Source of the DNA: Candidatus Micrarchaeota archaeon
GTDB lineage: Archaea; Micrarchaeota; Micrarchaeia; Anstonellales; Bilamarchaeaceae
NCBI GenBank assembly: GCA_038046805.1
Contig: JBBSVO010000003.1
Coordinates: forward strand, 115,120-179,119
Direction of reading: 5' to 3'
Length of the DNA: 64,000 nt
Shown one piece after another: positions 1 through 9,986 of this stretch. Position 1 is the stretch's first letter. Each line of letters begins with the position of its first letter. The notes beneath the pieces were generated by a model. That model had not been told where the DNA came from, searched no databases, and saw only the letters and a program-made list of their open reading frames with translations. The position numbers were made by a program, and so were the translations under genes.

Positions 1-1074
1 GCTCGGAAGCATTCCATCTGTAACCGCTGAAAGGACCGTGAGCAAATGATCACTCGTGGCATAAAGCGCCTGCAACGGCTCAATATGCGAGAAAAGCTCT
101 TGCTTGGAAATACCCAGTTTTTTTGCGATGGATTCTTTTTCTGCTTCAACGTCGGCAACTTCATCTATGTTAAGGCTTCCTGACATGCGGGCATATTGTG
201 TGAACAGTTTTTCATCAACTTTAACGCCATGCTCCTTTCTCAGATATTTTATGACTGGTCCGAAAACAACTTCATAACTGGTTGCAGCGTCATTTGTTAT
301 CCATGCAAGTCTCTCAAGACCTGCACCCATATCAATAACTTTCGTACTGAGTTCTCGTCCAGAACCGTTCGGTAAAACCTCGTATTGCATAAAGACGCAA
401 TTTCCTAATTCGAGTCCGCCAACGAAATATTCCATGCTTGGACCGTAGTTTCCGCCACCTGCCCAGACATCTTCCATGAAAACAAGCTCTTCTTTCTGGA
501 TTCCCAGCGCTTTAAGATACGCAACATCATGCATCAATGCTTCGTCCTTCCAGTAGAAAAGTCCTGTCTTTTTTGTGTTGAACGCGTGTTGACCGACCAT
601 AACGAAATTAGTGTAGTGCCGCCCGGTTACGCCGACGTTCGCTATATCGGGAAACCGTATGCAGTGCTGCGGAATGAGCAATGGATTATGAGGCGGGGGA
701 AGCTCGCCATTAACCACGTAAGGCTGAAAATCATTGATCGATGCGATTGAAAAGTAAAGGTCGTCCCTCCATCTTGCGACCGTGGGATAGGAATCGATTA
801 TTCCATGACCATGTTTTGAAAAGTATTTTTTCAATTCATTCCAGGTTTCAACATAACCGAGTTTTCGCCTTGAGGGAGATTTTCCAATGAATGGATACCC
901 AATACAAGATGCGTCAGCGCAATATTCCCTTTCTCCGCCGCTCCAGAAATTCCTTCCGCATTTCTTGCATTTCTGACGGGTGAACCCCATCTCGACAATG
1001 CTCTTTATCTTGTAATGCTTCTCCCAGTCCCTGGAGAATTGTTTTCGAAGATCGTTTTTGTCAACATCTGGCAT
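1..1074 (-). CDS. alaS: Alanine--tRNA ligase, archaeal type (5' part; runs off the window start)
   Basis: Not in ORF track. Manual translation from ATG 1074: MPDVDKNDLRKQFSRDWEKHY..CKKCGRNFWS..YPTVARWRDDLYFSIASINDFQPYV..QHCIRFPDIANVGVTGRHYTNFVMVGQHAFN, the archaeal AlaRS motifs. Confidence 0.95.
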   Translation of the reverse strand, partial: MPDVDKNDLRKQFSRDWEKHYKIKSIVEMGFTRQKCKKCGRNFWSGGEREYCADASCIGYPFIGKSPSRRKLGYVETWNELKKYFSKHGHGIIDSYPTVARWRDDLYFSIASINDFQPYVVNGELPPPHNPLLIPQHCIRFPDIANVGVTGRHYTNFVMVGQHAFNTKKTGLFYWKDEALMHDVAYLKALGIQKEELVFMEDVWAGGGNYGPSMEYFVGGLELGNCVFMQYEVLPNGSGRELSTKVIDMGAGLERLAWITNDAATSYEVVFGPVIKYLRKEHGVKVDEKLFTQYARMSGSLNIDEVADVEAEKESIAKKLGISKQELFSHIEPLQALYATSDHLLTVLSAVTDGMLPS

Positions 1075-1218
1075 GAAATCAACTTTCAGTGTTCTAATGT
1101 TTTCGGATAAAACTTTTAAAGCAACGGTTATCCGTTGAAGTAGCTACCCATAGGCACAACCACATAATTTTTAAACAGAATTCGACTCATTCTTAGAATA
1201 CCATTTACGCTTAGCTGT

Positions 1219-1473
1219 GGGCCCGTAACTCAGCTTGAACCTTTTGACTTCTGAAACCTAAAGGCAAAACGTTTCATGTCAAGAACGACGTTTCGTTCTT
1301 GAGCATGATCATGAACGGTTCGCCGTTCATGACATCGAAAAGCCCTTAGGTAGCACAAGTCAAACGGTTTCTGAAATGGTAGAGTGCCGGACTCTTATGG
1401 TCCTGAGTCTTGAGTTTAGAGTCTTGGGATTTAAGAAATCCGTTTGCCAAGGGTTCAAATCCCTTCGGGCCCG
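1219..1473 (+). tRNA. tRNA-Lys(CTT) with two introns (D-loop ~1236-1376; anticodon loop 37/38 ~1398-1437)
   Basis: Joined exons GGGCCCGTAACTCAGCT + TGGTAGAGTGCCGGACTCTTA + ATCCGTTTGCCAAGGGTTCAAATCCCTTCGGGCCCG fold as a cloverleaf. Intron 1 has a BHB (helix TCAG/CTGA, bulges CTT and AAT); the intron 2 central helix is imperfect. Confidence 0.88.
1275..1336. repeat. Double-hairpin element inside tRNA-Lys intron 1
   Basis: catg-TCAAGAACGA cgtt TCGTTCTTGA-g-catg-a-TCATGAACGG ttcg CCGTTCATGA-catc. Confidence 0.85.
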
Positions 1474-1520
1474 TTTTATGTTTCCGGTAGCGGGCTCCCT
1501 GCCTCCGGTCAACGGATGGC

Positions 1521-4214
1521 TTACGAATTTAGGTGATTTTTTCTTCTTGGTGATACCAGCATTACTGCAAATGGAGATAATGAATTTGGCTTAGAATGCC
1601 CTTGTTTACGCGTAGAAAACGAAATTGAATTTTTTCTTTTTCTGGTTTTTTGTTTTTCCGCACGGCTTGAAATTTCCGCACGTTTTGGATTACGTCTTTG
1701 ATTATTGGTTACGCGAAATTTTGGTTTGGTTGGTTTTTCAGCTCTTAAACTGTCTGATTTTGGAGTTTCTTTAGACCATCTTGGTTCTACTCTTTGCGGT
1801 TTTTCTCTTCTGAATGCTGCTTTTTTCGTATTTCTTTTTTGGATTTGTTTTTCCACTTTTTCCGGATTGGATATTTGCATTGTTTTTTCGGATTTTCTTT
1901 TTTCTTTAACAGAACGAAAACGGGATGAAAGCATGGGCCTGACTTTCGCGAATTCGGATGCCGGATTTTGACTTGGTTTTGATCTTCGGCGTTGAGCGGG
2001 CATCACGATTTGCGATTTTGTTTTTCTCTTCACTGGTTTCATTTTTTCAGGTTTTCCGTTTTCCGAGGTTCTGGCTTTTTGTGAATCTGATTTCTGAGCT
2101 GGCGTTCCTGGCATTTTTCTTTCCGGTTTTTTCTTTTCAGATTTCGGAGTTTCTGTTTTGTGTTTTTCCGCTCTCCGAACCACATTTTTCAACGTTTTTG
2201 GTTTTGCATTTATTGGTGCATCATTTAGAGGTTCGAATTTTCTGAATTTTTTTCGTGGGAATTTGTCTTCCAACCCTCTTCGGAATTTTGGGCTTGGTTC
2301 TTTTTTCGCAATTCTGGGCTTTTTACCTGACGACTTGGCTTCTGGAAGTTTCCTGGAGGCAGGTTTCCTTTCTTGTCTAGAGACGCGTGAGGATTCTGTT
2401 TGTAATTTCTGGCGTGGAGTGCGAATGATCGCGGAAATTTGCGGAACAGGAATGGATTCCATATACCTAACGACTTTCGTATGCGGAGCCGGTCGCACGT
2501 GCGGAACAAACACAACTCCCGCATATTTTACTTCGGTTGAGAATTGAGAAGGTTGTGAAATTTGTGAGAGAAATGAAACGGCTTTAACTTCTATTGGCTT
2601 TTCTGACTTAGGTGGTTCCGGTTTCTGCGGTTCCTGCTGGTTCGGTGCACTAAAGGAAAGCGAAACGGCGGGGGATTGAACAGATACAACAGAGCGGGTA
2701 GATGGAAATTCAATCGCTGGAACGGACAATATTGACGAAATAACACGGATTTGATTTTGTTCCGCAACAACGTCATGTTGAGGTTCTAAACGTGGCATCT
2801 GATGAGGTATGGTAAGCATGGACGATACAAAAAAAAGAGAGGATGATGATTTCTCCGAATTGCGCGGAAATTTTGATGGCAAAATAACCTGTTTGGGTAG
2901 AACTGGCTGGGACAAAACGGGTTGAGGAATGCGCGGCTCGGAATACAGTATGTCGGATGCTCGCAATGCTTGCTGAGAGATTGCCGATACCGTTGCCCTA
3001 ACCAAAAACTGATTAAGCAAAGGCCGCTGGACAGGAGTTAATACGAATTGCGGGGCGATAGCTGAAGACAAAAGAGTATTGGGTCCCGGTTGCCGGATTT
3101 CGGTTGCTGGCAAAGAATATGATTGCCCAACCGAAGCCGTGGATTCGCGAGAAGCTACCAGAATAGGATTTTGAGATGCGGACTGAGGCTGAATCTGTTG
3201 GTTTTCAGAAAGAAACTGGGTTCTTGATGTGTTAACTGTTTCTGAAGACGCGGAAACAAACGGGAGGAAATCAGAACGAAAAGAAGATGGAGCAGCACCT
3301 GGAGCGGATTGTACTTGATACGTGTTTTGTGAGCCGCCCGATTGAATTGATGACGAAACTACGGGTTCCTGATGTTGGATGGGGAGCGTGGTTGATTGAA
3401 CCGCGAGATTCTGCAAAATCAGTTGCTGTAAGGCGAATTCCCCGCTTCCTGAAAAATCAATTCCTGATTTTGTCAAAAGGTTGGTTTTGTCAAGCGAGGC
3501 AGTGTCTGTTGTAGGATTGAAGGTTCCGGTTACGTAAAATTGTTCGGATTCTTTTTGCTGGATGAGCTTGGCATCCATACTGTCTCCGTGAGAACTGCCA
3601 CCCCCGCCAATAGATTTAGGTTGCATGGATACGCGCGTATAAACATCTTGGTTCCGTATATTAGCATCCTGTTGAAGATTGCGCGCATCATTCGGAGTAA
3701 AAAATATCGCACCCGGGACAGAAGAAGTTACATGAAGCGATGGTGAAATTCCATCAAACGAAACTGCATTAAGTCGCCTGACAGAATCCGCGTCAAGAAG
3801 GTTGACTGGATTTGGAATATCCGCGGTCATCCCAACATCATCACGCAACAGGAAACTAAATTCTTGAGATCCGGATAGTACCTGCGAGGTGAGATTCTCC
3901 CAAAAAACATCACTGGAACGAAGAACCCTAAAGCACATTTCAGCTGTTTCAGATTCAACACCAGCACCCCGTATTGAATAGAACTGAATCCAGTCCCTTA
4001 AACGAAGCCCTCCGATTTCAACCTCTTTTAGATAATGTTTGGCCATTTGTGCGTTGAATTCAACATTGCAATTCCCGCCATGTTGCTTTACTACGTTCAT
4101 TATCCCTTCTAGAAGCGTGATTCCTTCTCTCACCAAACCGCTTATTGCCCTGCGGTTGCCAGTGCAGTCTTGAACATGAAGTTTTAGAAGAACAAGCGAA
4201 CCAAAACTAGCCAT
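1521..4214 (-). CDS. Large low-complexity hypothetical protein (S/Q/P-rich middle, K/R-rich C-terminus)
   Basis: About 900-codon open frame; no recognisable family; start uncertain (4223 or 4214). Confidence 0.7.
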   Translation of the reverse strand: MASFGSLVLLKLHVQDCTGNRRAISGLVREGITLLEGIMNVVKQHGGNCNVEFNAQMAKHYLKEVEIGGLRLRDWIQFYSIRGAGVESETAEMCFRVLRSSDVFWENLTSQVLSGSQEFSFLLRDDVGMTADIPNPVNLLDADSVRRLNAVSFDGISPSLHVTSSVPGAIFFTPNDARNLQQDANIRNQDVYTRVSMQPKSIGGGGSSHGDSMDAKLIQQKESEQFYVTGTFNPTTDTASLDKTNLLTKSGIDFSGSGEFALQQLILQNLAVQSTTLPIQHQEPVVSSSIQSGGSQNTYQVQSAPGAAPSSFRSDFLPFVSASSETVNTSRTQFLSENQQIQPQSASQNPILVASRESTASVGQSYSLPATEIRQPGPNTLLSSAIAPQFVLTPVQRPLLNQFLVRATVSAISQQALRASDILYSEPRIPQPVLSQPVLPKQVILPSKFPRNSEKSSSSLFFVSSMLTIPHQMPRLEPQHDVVAEQNQIRVISSILSVPAIEFPSTRSVVSVQSPAVSLSFSAPNQQEPQKPEPPKSEKPIEVKAVSFLSQISQPSQFSTEVKYAGVVFVPHVRPAPHTKVVRYMESIPVPQISAIIRTPRQKLQTESSRVSRQERKPASRKLPEAKSSGKKPRIAKKEPSPKFRRGLEDKFPRKKFRKFEPLNDAPINAKPKTLKNVVRRAEKHKTETPKSEKKKPERKMPGTPAQKSDSQKARTSENGKPEKMKPVKRKTKSQIVMPAQRRRSKPSQNPASEFAKVRPMLSSRFRSVKEKRKSEKTMQISNPEKVEKQIQKRNTKKAAFRREKPQRVEPRWSKETPKSDSLRAEKPTKPKFRVTNNQRRNPKRAEISSRAEKQKTRKRKNSISFSTRKQGHSKPNSLSPFAVMLVSPRRKNHLNS

Positions 4215-4245
4215 ACCAGCCAATTAGATGATTTGGATTTTTATA

Positions 4246-5136
4246 TTAATCGTTTGGTTCATCTGGATTTGCACGCGGATTTATCTCAACTCCTTCCAGA
4301 TATTCTCCAAGTTCTTTTAGTGCGGCCAATTCTCTTTTTTCAAATTCAATATTATACCCGTGCTCGAGAATTTTTCTTACAAAATCTCCAAACAATGGAA
4401 TTTTTTCAACCATTACATAAAACCAGTTATCCTCTGGTTCTTTGACATTGCCAGATTCTATGAGACGGTCCCCCACATCAACCAATTCTTGGTATTTTGA
4501 CGTGTGTTGGTCTCGCAATCTTAGCTTAAGGCGGTTCAAAAGCACATCCTGGCTGTCATCAAGGAATTGCTTGAACCATGCGAAAGAAATAAATATGCCG
4601 ATACCTGCCAGGCCTATTTCAACAAGAGCTTCGGAAGATTCCACTGCTTCGTCCTTCAGACGCATTATCGTTTCAGATAAAGTACCCTCCAGCAACCCGA
4701 CAACCAAACCAACTGCTGCCGCAGTGCATACTGCTACCCTTAAACCAATGGCGATGTGAGAAGTGAGGATATCCAACCGCGAGTTTAGCTCTGCAACCCT
4801 GAGCGCGAAGTTCAATCCATAACGGTCAATCCACTCATCTGCACGTTTTGAGAATTTATTCCTTAACACTTCCGAACGCCTTTCTTCTGGAGACTGCTCG
4901 GATTCAACAAGGTCATATTTGGTTTTGCCTACAGTTATCTGAGTAATGACATCTGACCCATTATCTTCATCCAGATCAACAATGAGCTGTCGTTTTCCAT
5001 CAGTTCCCGAAACAACTTTTGCCGGATTTGTTGGGCCCTCTGGTTCAACTCCTCCAAATAATGAACTCGCGACGGTTGTTCTTTTTCGCATTCCTGTGCT
5101 TAACGCTGCAAGATGCTGGATAAATTTATATCTCAT
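4246..5136 (-). CDS. Hypothetical membrane protein (2 TM)
   Basis: 296-aa ORF with two hydrophobic segments, co-oriented with neighbours. Confidence 0.7.
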   Translation of the reverse strand: MRYKFIQHLAALSTGMRKRTTVASSLFGGVEPEGPTNPAKVVSGTDGKRQLIVDLDEDNGSDVITQITVGKTKYDLVESEQSPEERRSEVLRNKFSKRADEWIDRYGLNFALRVAELNSRLDILTSHIAIGLRVAVCTAAAVGLVVGLLEGTLSETIMRLKDEAVESSEALVEIGLAGIGIFISFAWFKQFLDDSQDVLLNRLKLRLRDQHTSKYQELVDVGDRLIESGNVKEPEDNWFYVMVEKIPLFGDFVRKILEHGYNIEFEKRELAALKELGEYLEGVEINPRANPDEPND

Positions 5137-5162
5137 GTCGCAATTTATGAAGGAAGGGGTAT

Positions 5163-7109
5163 TTAAATCACGGCGCGCCTGCTCAATTCCCTCGCCAGTG
5201 TCATTTGCTCAAATGGCTTCCCTGAGTTTTCCTTTTCAACGAGAGAGGCGAGTTCCTCTACGCCCATCTCCTTTTTCTCCCCGCTCGCCCGCATTGAAAC
5301 GCTTAGTTTTCCGCTTTCGATTTCTTTGTCACCTATAACGGCAACATAAGGAATCCATTCTTTTTCTGCATCGCGGATTTTCTTTCCCAATTGCTCGCTT
5401 CTGTCGTCAAAATCAACGCGAACCAGACGATTTCCGAATTCCGCCAGAATCTTCTGCGCGTAATCGCGGTGTTTATCGCTAACAGGAATAACACGGATTT
5501 GTGTTGGGGCAAGCCATATTGGCAGCATTGCCTTTTTCCCTTGTTTCATTTTTCTTGCTTCATTCTCAAGAAGCGCATAAATAACACGTTCGAGGCTTCC
5601 TGAGATCGACGCATGAAGAATAAACGGCTTTTTCTTAGAGCCATCCTCTGCAATATAATTTATGTCGTATGTGTCTGCATTCTCAACATCTATCTGGACT
5701 GTTGAAAGTGCGCTTGCCTTGTCATTGTTATCTACGAAATTGAATTCAAATTTCGTGATAAAATACGCATAACGTTCCTTGAACAATTCAACAAGAATGG
5801 GTTTCCCCCATTTCTTTACCATTGAAAGATACCAATCCTTGTTTTCGTTGAAAAAGTCCTCCTGAATTCTAAAGCCTGCTTCACTGTCCAAACCCATATC
5901 GTTCATCCAGTCAAGAGATTTGAAAAACTGTGCTTCAAATTCTGCCTTTGCTTGATCAATATCACCGCAGAACGTGTGCATATCCGGCATTGTGAATGCC
6001 CGTAATCGTTTGAGTCCCGCGAGTTCACCGCCCTGCTCGCGACGGAAGCTATATCTTGTAAGCTCGAACATTTTCAGCGGAAGGTGTTTGTAACTAATGA
6101 CCATGTCGTGCGCGATTAGAAATTGCCCAAAACACGCTGCGAATCTGAGGAACAACTTCTTGTCTTCGCTAATTACTGTATATTGGCGCGCGGGAAAGCG
6201 GTTCAAATATTTTTTTAGTGTTGGGTGTTCGTAATCATACATTATCGGGGTTTCCACTTCCATCGCCCCATAGTTCGAACAGTAATCCGTAATCGCGCGT
6301 TCGAGAATCTTTTTGATGAGCCGCCCTTTTGGAAGGAAACGGAAATTACCGGAATCGCTTCCAGGCTCGTAATCAATCAGGCCGTGTTCTTTCATGATTT
6401 TGATATGCGGTGGCTCGGTTTCATACGCCCGGACTTTCTTTGTTTCATAGGTTGCGAATGTTTTCAGGCCTGCGTTCTTCCCATAGTTAAATTTATCCAC
6501 TTCGTGTAGTTTGCCTTCAAGGTCAAAGATATGGAAATGGCTTTTCATTACACTTTCCTGCTTTAGACTGGCGGAAATTACCTCTTTTTCCATTTCCTTT
6601 CCGTCGGTACCAATTCTCGCGCCAATCCCAGCCCCAACCTCAGTTCCGATTCCAGTACCAATTTGCTTTCCGGTATCGCCCTCGGCTTTCAACTCGCGGG
6701 ATAATTCACTTAGCGGATGGCCTTTGCATCTGAGCGTGTAACTCTTATACCATCCAAAAGGAGAATGGTCTGCAGTGTAACCAGCATGTTTCAGCAATCC
6801 TTCTGCCTTTTCAATAACAGAACGCGCAACACGTGGTGCGGACGGCTTTGATGTAAGATGAACAAGCGGATAAAGAAGAATGTTTTTTGCCTTTAACTGC
6901 TTTGCAACATTTTCCGTCTCGCTTGCGAGCTTTTGTGCTACAGATGCAACGTCTTCGTCCCCCTCTTCAACAGCAGTAAACACTACGAGCACTTCCTCGT
7001 ATTTTTGCTTCCCTTTCTTGCCTTCGCTATCAAGCAATTCCGCATCCTTTATTGCCTTGCTAAGCGCCTCAACCTCAATGAAATCCGCGTGTACTGTAAG
7101 TATTCTCAT
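5163..7109 (-). CDS. thrS: Threonine--tRNA ligase, archaeal type
   Basis: N-terminal archaeal editing domain (MRILTVHADF..SPFGWYKSYTLRCKGHPLSELSR); LRFAACFGQF, SFRREQGGEL, RAFTMPDMH; C-terminal anticodon-binding domain. Confidence 0.97.
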   Translation of the reverse strand: MRILTVHADFIEVEALSKAIKDAELLDSEGKKGKQKYEEVLVVFTAVEEGDEDVASVAQKLASETENVAKQLKAKNILLYPLVHLTSKPSAPRVARSVIEKAEGLLKHAGYTADHSPFGWYKSYTLRCKGHPLSELSRELKAEGDTGKQIGTGIGTEVGAGIGARIGTDGKEMEKEVISASLKQESVMKSHFHIFDLEGKLHEVDKFNYGKNAGLKTFATYETKKVRAYETEPPHIKIMKEHGLIDYEPGSDSGNFRFLPKGRLIKKILERAITDYCSNYGAMEVETPIMYDYEHPTLKKYLNRFPARQYTVISEDKKLFLRFAACFGQFLIAHDMVISYKHLPLKMFELTRYSFRREQGGELAGLKRLRAFTMPDMHTFCGDIDQAKAEFEAQFFKSLDWMNDMGLDSEAGFRIQEDFFNENKDWYLSMVKKWGKPILVELFKERYAYFITKFEFNFVDNNDKASALSTVQIDVENADTYDINYIAEDGSKKKPFILHASISGSLERVIYALLENEARKMKQGKKAMLPIWLAPTQIRVIPVSDKHRDYAQKILAEFGNRLVRVDFDDRSEQLGKKIRDAEKEWIPYVAVIGDKEIESGKLSVSMRASGEKKEMGVEELASLVEKENSGKPFEQMTLARELSRRAVI

Positions 7110-7172
7110 AGATACCAATCCTTCTTTGCATTTGTTGCATTTTATATGTGAATAATAAAAGATAAAAAAGAA

Positions 7173-7682
7173 TCACACTGGCAGGTTGGCTGAATCACGA
7201 TATCCCTCAACTGGGTGGGATCGCTGCACATATCGCGGGTAATGCCACTGTGGAGAATGAAATCCATACGGAAGATCACGCAGCCCGTATATGCGCTCGA
7301 AATCACATAATTTACTCGCGAAAACCCTAAATTCAGATACAACCACACCGATCGGAACATCCCTATCTAGTAAGGGTAAGATACTTTCTGGTTTCTTACG
7401 ACTTGCATCCAACCAAATCGTCAGGAAACGCGCAAGGTGCGGATTCGACAATGAAATCAAACCATCGACTCTTTCGCGAATTACCTGCTCGGCTTCTGTT
7501 TGGAAATAAATTTGCATAGCACGTGGATTATCTGCATCCGGACAAGTTCTTTTCGGTCTTATCGCGCATTCGAGTGCAAGAAGCTGAGGTCCTTTGAACT
7601 TAAAACTCCTTTTTGTAATGAGCCCGCCCTTACCCCTAACCTGGCATTCCGAAGGAATTCCGATTTTAAGAACTACCACCAT
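7173..7682 (-). CDS. Hypothetical protein
   Basis: 169-aa ORF preceded by a GGAGGTG SD-like site. Confidence 0.55.
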   Translation of the reverse strand: MVVVLKIGIPSECQVRGKGGLITKRSFKFKGPQLLALECAIRPKRTCPDADNPRAMQIYFQTEAEQVIRERVDGLISLSNPHLARFLTIWLDASRKKPESILPLLDRDVPIGVVVSEFRVFASKLCDFERIYGLRDLPYGFHSPQWHYPRYVQRSHPVEGYRDSANLPV

Positions 7683-7875
7683 TCAAACACCTCCATATTG
7701 CCATGCGAGATACCTTGCAGATATCAGCTATGCCACGTATGCGATACTCTCCACTCAGATAGAGCTTCCTCGCCAAATCCACCTGTTCTTTACTAAGCGC
7801 TCTTTTCCTTCCCCTGCGCTCAAACCGTCCGAAGTCTTCTTTTCTATTGCCGTGTTTCTAAACACCCTTTTTCAT
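7666..7875 (-). pseudogene. Small Hin/resolvase-type HTH protein with in-frame TAG at codon 6
   Basis: Manual translation MKKGV*KHGNRKEDFGRFERRGRKRALSKEQVDLARKLYLSGEYRIRGIADICKVSRMAIWRCLNGGSS; GRK-AL and IA..CKVSR..IW match the HTH_7 pattern; GGGGTGA SD upstream. Confidence 0.6.
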
Positions 7876-7906
7876 TTTTCATCAAATTCACCCCATTTTT
7901 TATTTT

Positions 7907-7964
7907 CCCAATTGAACGGCAAACCGTTCAATGGGCGCGATGAACGTTTCGACGTTCATCCGCG
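7907..7964. repeat. Double-hairpin element
   Basis: ccc-a-ATTGAACGG caaa CCGTTCAAT-ggg / cgc-GATGAACGT ttcg ACGTTCATC-c-gcg (58 bp). Confidence 0.85.
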
Positions 7965-8272
7965 TTATTTTGTTTTCAATTCCAGATCCCGTGACTTGCG
8001 GTCACGATCTCTCGATGTATTTTCTAATACATCAAGATTCCAAAATTCCTTCAGCGCCAAGTCTACCCAAAAAGAAAATTTCAAACAAAAATTCAGATTT
8101 CTTCAAGGGTCGGGCTGGATATGTGGAATTAGCACGTAGTTGTGGTTGTTATGCCCGAATCCTTGCTTGCCATTTTTATCAAATAAATTACAGTTCAGGT
8201 TCTATTTAAAGGTTTGTCACGGAAAACGCGTTGACAATTCCATTTAAATACGTAATGTACCAACATAGAATT

Positions 8273-8761
8273 ATGAAACCATCTACGAAATTTGCTTTGA
8301 AAAACGCGATTATACACCCAAAAATCACGGCCAGGGCTGCATGGAATGCATATATCAGTGAGAAACCATTTTTAGATCGGTTGAAAACCACCCAAATGGC
8401 TTTGGTGAAACTGAGAGAATTCATGTTAGAGAATAAATTTACAAAGACTGAGCAAAAGCATGTTGCAGAGGCTGCAAAAGGACTGGAGTTCATTATTCAG
8501 GTTGGGCACCATTCGGAAAAACCAAAATCAATAGCAATTGTCACGAGAATGATGAAGGGTGTCATGTATTATAGGGTAATAAGAGCAGAAGCCACGGATG
8601 CATTTCCGAAAAGAGTTGATGAGGCAAATAGAATCGAACCGAATACGGCTTTTGATTCCGAGTTTTGCATGAAGGCGAGACTAATCGCTTCTGCCAGTCA
8701 ACAATTGGCTGAAGCTGGCGACGCGTTTCGGGACTTATTCCTCAAGCCGCAATTCGGATAG
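8273..8761 (+). CDS. Hypothetical protein
   Basis: ORF with TTTAAAT box ~25 nt before ATG 8273. Confidence 0.6.
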   Translation: MKPSTKFALKNAIIHPKITARAAWNAYISEKPFLDRLKTTQMALVKLREFMLENKFTKTEQKHVAEAAKGLEFIIQVGHHSEKPKSIAIVTRMMKGVMYYRVIRAEATDAFPKRVDEANRIEPNTAFDSEFCMKARLIASASQQLAEAGDAFRDLFLKPQFG

Positions 8762-8889
8762 AATCAAACAACAAGATTTCATGGCCAAACAGAACAATTT
8801 TAAGTCTTGTTAGAAACATTAATACATCGCTGAAAAAACGTTGGAGTTGAACCGAATTTTATGGGTTTATCGACAAAGAGGTGTATCGC

Positions 8890-9978
8890 ATGAACAGGTT
8901 CATGCGAGGAGGCCCACGCACTGCTTCTACAACAGGTATAGCACCACCCAGTCCTGGTTCTGCAGCAGTAATTCGCACTATAGATACATTTCTCCGCGTG
9001 CGCACCAGAGCTGACGAAACAGCAAATGGTTCGTGGAATGACAGACGAACGAAATTTGTCGCTTCATGCAGGATTCTTGCAGAGGACATTCTTAGATTGA
9101 ATAACGAGGGGATTGCACTTTCCAAAGACCAGATTAGACTCCGTATGATCGTAAAAGGCTTGGATTCTAGCAATGATTTTGCAACATCTGCAGTTGGTAT
9201 TGGCGATGTCTTTAATTTCATTTCCCACGGCGTTGGGATGCCACGAGTCATGTTTGGTAATTCATTCGAACTTGGAGAGTACATTCGTTTATTTTGTATC
9301 GAACATGGATTGGAAATGCCATATAACCCAAACCCTTTGAATCTTTCAGATACAACCACGGTAGTAATCAGATTAAGACACGAAATATTGATTAGACATA
9401 TACAGATACCTGATGAAGAGATGAGCAGATTACTTACTGCAGTTCATTTTGACATTTTTTCCGAAGTTCATGCATTATTCCGCGAAGCGTTGCGGGTCGT
9501 GAAGAGCGGAGTCGGAGAATTACAGCCTCTTGTCCGCTCACTCATAGATATGTCAGGCAAAAGTATTGATGCCTGCATGACATTAACTGTTATTGCAGCT
9601 TTTTGTGCGAATTCTAAAGACAGACTGCAAGCTACTGAACGCCTCCTATCTTTGAGGGCATCTCCTGATTCACGCATTTCGATTACTGCCCACACTATTT
9701 TGTTTGATTTGCAGGCATATTCCGAGTATGGAGACATCAGAAGGCTCCTGAATGATGCGGGTTTTACTAGCAGATATTACGAGGATTTGTTTACCAGAGA
9801 ACACCCACGATCGAGACTAGATCCTGCAGTTGGGGAGATCCATGACCAAAAAAGAGGGTTTGCCATTCGCGTTATTGGCGGAGAGCGGAAAATCATAGAT
9901 AAAAAACCAAGAATCGTAGGCGGAACCTCAAAAACAGTACCTCTCGAACATAATGAAGCATTTGGAAAATTCGATTAA
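8890..9978 (+). CDS. Hypothetical protein
   Basis: About 360-aa ORF; GAGGTG SD before ATG 8890. Confidence 0.65.
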   Translation: MNRFMRGGPRTASTTGIAPPSPGSAAVIRTIDTFLRVRTRADETANGSWNDRRTKFVASCRILAEDILRLNNEGIALSKDQIRLRMIVKGLDSSNDFATSAVGIGDVFNFISHGVGMPRVMFGNSFELGEYIRLFCIEHGLEMPYNPNPLNLSDTTTVVIRLRHEILIRHIQIPDEEMSRLLTAVHFDIFSEVHALFREALRVVKSGVGELQPLVRSLIDMSGKSIDACMTLTVIAAFCANSKDRLQATERLLSLRASPDSRISITAHTILFDLQAYSEYGDIRRLLNDAGFTSRYYEDLFTREHPRSRLDPAVGEIHDQKRGFAIRVIGGERKIIDKKPRIVGGTSKTVPLEHNEAFGKFD

Positions 9979-9986
9979 ATTAATTT

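Noticed and set aside
8104..8166. Structured ncRNA (CAAGGGTCGGGC...GCCCGAATCCTTG stem)
   Set aside because: Single imperfect hairpin with no second copy and no SRP or RNase P signature.
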